Shown piece after piece: positions 1 through 9,300 of a stretch of 64,000 nt of DNA (positions are counted from its first letter, which is position 1; every line of letters begins with the position of its first letter). The position numbers and the translations under genes were made by a program. This DNA comes from a virus. A model generated the notes under the pieces. That model saw only the letters and a list, made by a program, of their open reading frames with translations. It was not told the origin of the DNA and ran no database searches. The stretch spans positions 1-64,000 of IMG/VR virus record IMGVR_UViG_3300043772_001004; one strand, 5' to 3'.

Positions 1-17
1 AAGTAATTTAGGTCACT

Positions 18-46
18 ATGGGGTGGCTTAGGTTGCCCCATTTTTT
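18..46 (+). terminator. Intrinsic terminator-like hairpin upstream of the polymerase
   Basis: ATGGGGTGGC-TTAG-GTTGCCCCAT stem-loop (with G-U pairs) followed by a T run; same loop as the hairpin at 3097-3136. Confidence 0.7.
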
Positions 47-75
47 ATACGGGGAAACAGCTTAACTGAATTAAT

Positions 76-1974
76 ATGAGGCAACACTATGTAATGGACT
101 ATGAAACTTTGTGCAATTGTTTCATAGCAGTCTTTGAAGGAGTAAAATCTGAAGAACAAGAAATCTTTACTATCCATGAATCTAAGAATGATATTCTAGA
201 ACTAATTACATTTCTAGAAAGAAACATTGCTTATGATGAATGGCATGTAAGTTTCAATGGTCTTGGGTTTGACAGCCAAATTACCGAGCACATTTTAAGA
301 AATAAAGAACAACTACTTGAGCAACCTGGCGGTACAATTGCCAAGTTTATTTATAACAAAGCTCAAGATGTTATCAATAGAAGTAACAATGGTGAGTTTC
401 AGGAGTATTCTCCTAGAGACTTAAGCATCAGACAACTTGATGTATTCAAACTAAACCATTGGGACAACAATGCTAAGAGATCTAGTCTAAAGTGGATACA
501 GTATACCATGGACTGGCATAACATTATTGATATGCCTATTCATCATACTACTGAAGTTACAGCAGTACAGATACCTGAGATAATCAGGTATTGTATTAAT
601 GATGTTCAGTCCACTAAGAAGATTATGCATCTCTGTAAAGATCAGATAGACTTGCGTAGAACTTTGACAGATGAGTATGGGATAGATTTATATTCTGCAT
701 CTGAGCCAAGGATATCTAAAGAATTATTTTTATTGTTTCTTAGTAAACAGACTAATATCAAGAAGTATGAGCTCAGAAAAATGAGAACTATCAGACTAAA
801 GATTACTGTTAAAGATATCATACTACCTTATATAGAATTTAAAACAGCTACCTTTCAGAATCTTCTGAAAAAGTTCCAGGATGTAGTTATATATCCAGGA
901 GAAACAAAAGGTGGGTTTAAATATTCTGTAAGGTATAAAGGTGTACAGACAGATTTTGGTTTGGGTGGTGTCCATGGTGCGCGCTCTACTAAAGTATATG
1001 AGTCTAATGAGGACATGATAATAATGACGTCTGACGTTACTAGTTTCTATCCTAATCTTGCTATTAGAAATAAGTGGGCACCTGCTCATTTACCAAAAGA
1101 AGAATTCTGCAATCTGTATGAGTGGTTCTTTGAGGAGAGGAAGAAGATTCCAAAGAAAGATCCCAAGAACTATGTATACAAGATTATCCTGAATTCAACT
1201 TATGGGCTCAGCAATGATGAGAATAGTTTCTTGTATGACCCAGAGTTTACTATGAGAATTACTATTAATGGACAGCTTAGTCTTACTATGCTGTATGAGA
1301 TGATCTGTGAGGAAATACCAAATGCTCTGCCACTGATGCAGAACACAGATGGTTTGGAGACTATGATCCCTAGACAGTATGTAGACAAGTATATGGAGAT
1401 ATGTGAAAGGTGGGAGAAGATTACCAATCTACAATTGGAGCATGATAAATATTCCAAGATTATTCTAGGTGATGTAAATAACTACATTGCTATAACAGAA
1501 GATGGTAAGTCTAAGTGCAAGGGCCGTTTTGAGTTTGCTAATCTAGCAATGCACAAGAACAAAAGCTTCCTAGTTATTCCTAAAGCTATCCATGCATATT
1601 TTGTGGATGGAATTAAACCCGAGGATTATATTAAATCTAACACAGAGATATTTGATTTTTGTGGGGGTGTAAAGATAAAGGGTGATTGGAACTTCTATCA
1701 ACACAAAATTGTTGATGGAGAATATTTAGTTGAAAAACTACAACATACTATCAGGTATTTTATCTCTAATATAGGCACCAAGGTTATTAAGAAGAATAAC
1801 ACGGACAATAGAGAGATACAGATAGAAGCAGGTAGATGGTTACAATCTTTGATGATTGACTATGTAGAGAAACCATTTACTGACTATGATATTAATTATG
1901 ATTATTACTTGGACAAGATCAATAAAGAGATAAGAGATCTTGAGCCTATTGTTACACAACTTAGTTTATTTTAA
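76..1974 (+). CDS. Family B DNA polymerase with 3'-5' exonuclease domain
   Basis: ExoI MDYE, ExoII FNGLGFD, ExoIII YCINDV; polymerase motif A DVTSFYP, motif B KIILNSTYG, motif C NTDG. Confidence 0.93.
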   Translation: MRQHYVMDYETLCNCFIAVFEGVKSEEQEIFTIHESKNDILELITFLERNIAYDEWHVSFNGLGFDSQITEHILRNKEQLLEQPGGTIAKFIYNKAQDVINRSNNGEFQEYSPRDLSIRQLDVFKLNHWDNNAKRSSLKWIQYTMDWHNIIDMPIHHTTEVTAVQIPEIIRYCINDVQSTKKIMHLCKDQIDLRRTLTDEYGIDLYSASEPRISKELFLLFLSKQTNIKKYELRKMRTIRLKITVKDIILPYIEFKTATFQNLLKKFQDVVIYPGETKGGFKYSVRYKGVQTDFGLGGVHGARSTKVYESNEDMIIMTSDVTSFYPNLAIRNKWAPAHLPKEEFCNLYEWFFEERKKIPKKDPKNYVYKIILNSTYGLSNDENSFLYDPEFTMRITINGQLSLTMLYEMICEEIPNALPLMQNTDGLETMIPRQYVDKYMEICERWEKITNLQLEHDKYSKIILGDVNNYIAITEDGKSKCKGRFEFANLAMHKNKSFLVIPKAIHAYFVDGIKPEDYIKSNTEIFDFCGGVKIKGDWNFYQHKIVDGEYLVEKLQHTIRYFISNIGTKVIKKNNTDNREIQIEAGRWLQSLMIDYVEKPFTDYDINYDYYLDKINKEIRDLEPIVTQLSLF

Positions 1975-1976
1975 TT

Positions 1977-3092
1977 ATGCCAAAGAAAATTGCTGAATGT
2001 ACAAAGGCGCACTTAGTTAGTGTGCCTTTACCAAATCATGGTGCTACTTACACTGTAATTAGTCACCAATCTGTTATGGATTATGTATATACTGAGCTTG
2101 CTACTGCAGGTTTCAGTGTTGTTCATGAAGAGTATAGATGTACTGCTGATGGACAGATTGCTCACGGGATTTATAAGTTGAACTTCAACAATGACCCTGA
2201 GTTATCAATGATGTTTGCTTGGACAAACAGTTATAACAAACAAGTAAGATTTAAGTGTGGTGTTGGTGGTTATATTAACTTGACCGGAACTACTATGGTC
2301 TGTGGAGATATGGGAAGCTGGGCTAGAAAACATACTGGTACTGCTGATGAAGAGACAATTAAAACCATACAAGAGCAAATAACTAATGCACACATGTATT
2401 ATAATCAGTTATGTTCTGACAAAGAGTCTATGAAAGGTATCACACTGAACAAGAGAAAGCAAGCTCAGCTATTAGGTATCTTGTTTGCAGAGTATCAGAT
2501 TCTTACTACAGAGCAGGCTAGTATTGTAAGACAACAGATGGACAGACCTAGTCATGTCTATGTAGATAGTAACAGCTTGTGGGCATTCTATAACTTTGTC
2601 ACCATAGCTCTGCAGCATTCACATCCTAAGACTTGGATGGAAGATCAACGTGTCTTACATTATTTTATCTCAACTGTTAATAACTTCCAACAGTGCACAC
2701 CATCTGCACAGATAGTTGCACCTGTTCCTGTAGTTGTTGAAGCTGAGGTGCCTTCAGTTGATCCTAATCAGGTGGATTTAGAAGATCTTATTGCACAAGT
2801 AGAAGCAGAAGAAGCTCAGTCAGAGACAATAGTAACTTATACTGATCCTGTAGGAAATACTTTTGAAGCTATAGATTTTCATAATGAGGTGGTTAGTGAT
2901 ACTAACCAATTGGAAGATCCAGAAGATGATGATGAAGATGAAACACCTGCATATATTCCTGATGAAGATCAAGAATATACAGGAGAGAATGCTTCACACA
3001 TGAAGGGTTCAGATTTTGATATTGATAAAGATGATTTTATATTCAATATCAATGACACAGAAGAAAATGATGATTCATCATTATTTTTTTAA
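1977..3092 (+). CDS. DUF932/DUF945-like phage protein with a long acidic C-terminal tail
   Basis: N-terminal YTVISH, NSYNKQVRF..G and KHTG pattern resembles DUF932; the last ~110 aa are D/E-rich and end in SLFF; starts 2 nt after the polymerase stop. Confidence 0.6.
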   Translation: MPKKIAECTKAHLVSVPLPNHGATYTVISHQSVMDYVYTELATAGFSVVHEEYRCTADGQIAHGIYKLNFNNDPELSMMFAWTNSYNKQVRFKCGVGGYINLTGTTMVCGDMGSWARKHTGTADEETIKTIQEQITNAHMYYNQLCSDKESMKGITLNKRKQAQLLGILFAEYQILTTEQASIVRQQMDRPSHVYVDSNSLWAFYNFVTIALQHSHPKTWMEDQRVLHYFISTVNNFQQCTPSAQIVAPVPVVVEAEVPSVDPNQVDLEDLIAQVEAEEAQSETIVTYTDPVGNTFEAIDFHNEVVSDTNQLEDPEDDDEDETPAYIPDEDQEYTGENASHMKGSDFDIDKDDFIFNINDTEENDDSSLFF

Positions 3093-3096
3093 TTTT

Positions 3097-3136
3097 AAAT
3101 GGGAGAATGGCTTAGGCTGTTCTCCCATTTTTTTTT
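3097..3136 (+). terminator. Intrinsic terminator after the DUF932-like gene
   Basis: AAATGGGAGAATGGC-TTAG-GCTGTTCTCCCATTT stem running into a T9 tract. Confidence 0.85.
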
Positions 3137-3156
3137 ACTTTTATAATATATAACCT

Positions 3157-3354
3157 ATGAAAAAGAAGAAAATGAAAATTGAATTCAACGGCCAAGAAGT
3201 ATACATTAACTTTGTATCAGAAGACAATGCCTATGTTATTGTAAGCAAAGACAAAGAAGGTACACTTGGCAAGTTTAAACTTAATTCAAATGAAATTAAA
3301 GGAGTTGACTTAAACAAACTTAAAAAGTTTAATAAGAAACCTAAAAAAGTTTAA
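3157..3354 (+). CDS. Small basic hypothetical protein (65 aa)
   Basis: Fills the gap between the terminator and the convergent giant gene; protein-like composition; its stop overlaps the opposing stop in TTAA at 3351-3354. Confidence 0.65.
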   Translation: MKKKKMKIEFNGQEVYINFVSEDNAYVIVSKDKEGTLGKFKLNSNEIKGVDLNKLKKFNKKPKKV

Positions 3355-6300
3355 CCTCCTAATCTACCTGCACTAGCCTGTTGATTTTTAAGTGTTGTTT
3401 CAACATCACCTGTTCCACCTGTGAATCCTACTACTCCAAACAATCTCTTCCAGAATTTAAGAGCACCTTTTTGTTTCCACCAATAAGGTCCTTGATCTTT
3501 CTCATATCTTTCTGCTTCATCAAAAGTGATAAAGTTTAAGACATCTCCCATTATTTGTGTGTAAAGTACTACTGTATTATACCAAGAAGTAGATGTGGAT
3601 GTTAGCATTTTAACATAATCATCTGCTCCAAGATTAACTCCGTAAATTTTAGGTAGTGGGACAAATGCAGATGTTTCAGCTTGAACACCTAGTACTAATA
3701 GTAAGAAGTGATTAACTAAGAACCCGTATGTATTAAAGTTATCCTCATTAATAGCACCTGATCTCTCTCTAATTTTTTTCCATTTGTCATCATCATCTGG
3801 GTCAAAACCTAATAGCATACTTGCAATTAATGCAGTGAAGATAATCAACATACCTTCTGCCATTGTTCTTTTTAGGTCTGATTTTTCCTGATCTGTCATA
3901 TAAGCCATCTCAGCACCTTTGGATTTTAACATTCTAACTAGAGTTTGGAATGCACTGATGTAATAACCTTTTGTGTATTTACCTAATGCCCAGTCATATC
4001 TTTCACCACCTTGGCTGAATGATGCTGTTTTAGTATTTATACCCCATCTATTTGTAAGCATAGGAGTAAACCATTTTCTCATAAAGAAGAACATTCTATA
4101 TGCAATGAATTTATTTCCTTCTGGTTGTCCAAATCTATCATATGCTCCAAATAGTCTTCTAGATGTTCCTTGCAATTTATTTTTAAAAGCTTTAAACTTT
4201 TCAGATTTAGCAATTACAATTTCCTGACCATCTTCAAACTGAATTTCAGATTCTACATTGTTTCTTTTTTTCAGTTCTTCTACTGTAATATTATATTTAT
4301 CAGCAATTTTCTGAAGTGTTTCACCTTTAGTGTATGTATGGAATACAGATTTAGTATCCCATGCAACATCAACTCCAGTCTTAAGTTTCATTAGACCTTC
4401 TTTGTCTAATTCAAATGCATCTACATATCTAATAAATACTTGCTTACCATTTACAACTTGATTTACTTTCTGTCCATGTAAAAATGCACCAAACAATTTT
4501 ACTGCAACATCCATCTCCCCAAATTTTCTATGGGCATACATCCAAGAACCATTAGCTAGATCTTTTACAATGCTTTTAGAAACTGAGTTTCCAAATTTAT
4601 CTTCAGAAGTAAAAGTAGGATCAAATCTTTGTATCATTTGTCCAGATAGTGAACCTGGACCAACTGCAAATGCATCTTTAGATGCCCAAGTTATCATGGC
4701 TTGTGATGACCATGGAATTGCCATAGCATAATCTTTAGAAGTAATAAATTCTCCTCCTATAGATTCAATCATAGATTGCATATAACCAGAAAACTGGTTC
4801 TTTAAATCTGATGGAATATTTACAGCAAGTGATGCTCTAGTAGATAGACCTTGAATAATGTCTAACCATTTAGCAAGTCTTGGATTTGATTCTTCAAAAG
4901 AAGCTGTTTGTTGCCCACGGTATTCTCTTTCTATTAATGACCTTACTTGTCCAAGTCTATTATTTTCAGCTCCAGCTTTTGTTGGATTTTGATAAAGATT
5001 TCTAACATTAAATATACCTTTTGAATATGCTTCCATATTCTTTGGTTGATTAGCAGGATCTTCTAATGTATCTACTATACTTTCCACAATTGGTAAACTC
5101 TCAAGTAACTTACCTTGTGTTTTAATAGACATACCATATTTAAATAGTCCTGTAATTATATCAGCATCTGTGTTTTCTAATTCAAGATTGTATATACCTT
5201 CTACTGGTACATATGTTATCTCATTTCCTTTTAAATCTGTATTAACTAAGTTGTTTTTAGCATCATAGTTATATCCTCTCTCAAAGTCAGTAATAGATTT
5301 TCCTACAAGCTGATTCTTCCAATCAGTAAATGTTTTAAATCTTTCACCAATTTTACCTCTCTGCATAGCTTGAAAAATATCTCCAGCTTTAAGTGCATGT
5401 CTTGGCATATCTAAATATAACTTAGAGTAGTTGCTTTGACCTTTTTGCACACCAAGATGGAACTTTTTCATTTCCTCTAGTAATTTAAACTCAGCGTTGT
5501 TAGATCTTTTTAAATCAAAGAACCTTTGATTCATGTATTTATTATCCTTAGCACTGTTTTTATTTCCCGGATTAAATAATCTTGGCAGATAGTTTCCTTT
5601 ATTATCTATAATAGTACCTATATAATTATCCCAAGACTCTCCAATTGGAATAGTTCTATATTCATTTTTAACTCTATATACGGAGTGTCTAGCATTTGGA
5701 ACTCCATTAAATGTTATTGTCTCACCAGTTTCATTATCTAAAACCTTAGTGCTTAGAATATATTTTTTATCTGAAGGTACAGTAATTCTATTTGCATAAG
5801 ATAATTCAAAGATGATTTCTACTTTATCTTTATCCCGTCTCTTTTTAGAAACATGATTATCTTCAAACCAATTAGATAAAATTTCATCTTCATCTAATAA
5901 ATCTTGAAACTCATCACTATTGATATAATCATTTACTTTATCAGAAGTAACTTCAGGCTTATTTAATCTTGATAAGTTAAAGTTTAATGCATCCATGTAA
6001 TAGTCAGTAGGTATTTTTTCTGACAAATCACCTAGTTCTGATAATATACTTTGAAATTCAGCTGCTTCTGATATATTTAAACCAGTTTTAGTTTGCTTTT
6101 CTAACAATCTAACCATGGCTTTTTTCTGATCATCAGTTAAATTAACTCCTTTTTTAGCCATTGCTGTAAGGGAATTTAAATATGATAACTCTTCCTGAGT
6201 CAAACCTGTGTTTCTAGCTAAACTTTCTCTAAAATTAATTATGCTTTGTTCAAGGTCTTTAATCTTTTTGATTTTTGCCTCACCTAATTCAGGAGTAATA

Positions 6301-9300
6301 GGCTGACCTAATTCATCCCTATATGTAAAAACTAAATCATTTATCTCTTGATAAGTTCCAGAGATATCAAATGGCAAATTCATTTTAGTCTGTAGCTCTC
6401 CTAATCTTGCAACTAAAGCTTTTCTTTTGTCAGCATATGCAGGGGCATACTTCATAGTTATATTCTGCCTTTGCCACTCCCTAACTTTTTTGTCAAACTC
6501 TACTGTGTCTCTTTGTATACCTTCAATAGCTAAACTATTTATAAACTCATTATAAGCTGATTCTAATGATTTTTCTGATGGAACAAACTCATAGAATTTA
6601 GATTTTGCTCTACTTGCTTTAACTAATACTTTTGCTATTGACAAATCAAAGATGCCTTTTTTAGGATCATCCTGTTTAGCTGTACCATCTTCATAAGTAA
6701 GTCTACTTAATTGTTTGAAGTTTCTAAATGCAGCTTGAATAGCATCATAGTTTTCAAATCTTGATAACTCATCATCATGTTCACTAAGTAAGCTATTATA
6801 TTCATCTAATGCATTTTTTCTTTTTGCATAAGCTTCCATGTTTATTCTCTTACTTGTAGCTGCATCATAACCTTCTACAAGTTCATCATAAACATTATCT
6901 GATTCATAGTATTCAGGAACAAACTCTTGCCACATGTAATCTTTTTTGAACTGTCTAAGTTCTTCTCTGGCTTGAATTATTTTGTCCTGGTCTTTTGAAA
7001 TTCTAGCTTGTGCTAAATTATATTCTAAAATATCTTCTTCATATCTATATCCATTACCAAACTCATTTAAGAAAGTTCTTATCTTTCTTTGAATAGGTTT
7101 ACCAGTTTCTTTATCCCAGTATAGTATGGTATCCTCAAATGTTACCATGTCTTGAATCTGAGTAACATTAAGTTTATTAAAGTTTACTTGAGGTAATAGT
7201 TTCTCTAATGATTTTAAGAAAGAACCTGACTCTTCCATGAAGTCATTAGTAATCTCTGTTCTTTGATTTTGAATAAACAATGCTAAAGAACCTACTATAG
7301 GATCATTACTAGAAGTATAGCTCTCTAAGAATCTATTAAACCAACTTACATCTCTGGCGTGACCAGTTAGTGCACCCTGCAGTTTCTCAGGTGTAGATAC
7401 CATATCTTGATATAGATTCAAAAACCTTGCAAGTACATCCTTTGGAACTCCTCTTTTATATAATTCTTCTAGATCATCAGTAACATCTTCTTGAGAGATT
7501 ACTTTATTGTAGAAGTTGTTAATAGCAGTTTCTCTTTCTGCAAGATTGTTGTAAGCATTTTTAAAAGCTATAGTTAGATTCTTTTTAAATTCTTCTTGAA
7601 CAAACTCATTCATTGGTCCTGTAAGTTCTACATAGAATTGAATGTTGTTCTTTTTATAAATTTGAGAAATAATTACATCAACTTCATCTAGGTTAGCATT
7701 GATTTTATTTAAGACATTATAGAATAGATTGTCTTTATCCATCTTAACCCCAGATTCTCTTAGCACATTGTTAAACTGATCAATAGTTTCTTTCCAAGCA
7801 TATGTGTTTTGCTTATAGAAATTAACAAGAGCAAGGGTATTTCTAGCACTAACGTTTTTATCTTTATAGATTTTACCTAAATCATTAAGCATGTTCTCAG
7901 CTATGATGTCAATTTTATCTATACTATTTACTAAGGCTCTAGCTTGTTTATATAATTCTTTTATTTGTTTATCTTCAGCATCTATTACTAAAGACATTAA
8001 CTCTTCAGAAGTATATCTACTTGTATCTGTAATTGTTTGAAAATCACGGAGTAATGATACTGCTTCTGGTAATAAATTCTTTGAACCACCTTCTGTCTTT
8101 GAACCAAAAATAGTTTCAGAAACCATTTGCTTTATAGCTTTATCAGTTTTAAAGTTCTTAGATCTATTTAATATGGCTTGATTACTAGCATACCATTCAT
8201 TAATAATTTTTTCTAAAGATTCTTTACTTAGTGATTTAGTTAATTCATTAGCTCTTTCAGTAACAAATTTACCGTACTGAAATAAATCATCCTCTGTTAC
8301 ATCATACTCAGACAAATCTATCTCATTCTCTAGTAACATGCTTCCTAGTTCATTCAATGTAGTATCTTCATTTATTGAACTAATTCCTTGTTTATTACCA
8401 AATATTCCTCTGAAGAAGTCTTTGATTGCAGCTAGAATTTTATTTATAACAGACTCAAAACCTTCTGTTTGAATTTTCTGAGTTAGTTTATTTACAGAAG
8501 ACAATTGTAAACCATAAGTAAGTATCTCTGATTTTAGCATGTCCTCATTAGAAACAAGCTCAGGATAGTTTTTTAAAACATTGTCTCTAATTTGTTGACC
8601 CTCTACAGTTTTTATTAATGCATCATATAGATTGTTAAATAACTTTCTATTCTTTGTTCTAATTCCATTAATAACCGGGTGAGCAAACTCATGCAGTACA
8701 GTATTTATACTTACATTATCACCTACTACATAAACAGTACCTGCATAATAAAAAGCTGGTTCACCATTATAAGGTGTTGGACTTACTCTAGTTATCTCAG
8801 CTGCTTTTTCTGGTGTGATATTCTGAAAACCTATATTTAATCCAAGACTTAATTTTTTAGCAAGTTCTTCTGCTACACGTTTAGATCTTGCATCCTGTAG
8901 TGTTTCAATATTAATGTCTACTAATGGAATACCATAAGCCATAAGACCCGCATCTTCTTGAATATTTTCATTTGGAATAAATCTATTATAATCCCATATA
9001 TCTTTTAATCTTCCAAATTCTAATTTAGCATTAAAAGTATTTTGCCAATTTGCAATTTCTAAAACTGTACCTGAGTCTAATGTAACTTTTCTACCGGCTG
9101 TTTTCTCTTCTATATTTTTTTCATAAGTGAAGATATCAATTAATTTAGCTTCAATTTTTCCAGTGTGTGAATCTGTTAATGGTAAATAACTACTTACAAC
9201 ATTTCCATTTGAGTCCACTACATCATAACCAATAATTTTATTTGTAGACCCTGTAACCACACCATTTTTAAATACTTTTTTAGAAGTATCCAATTGTAAG

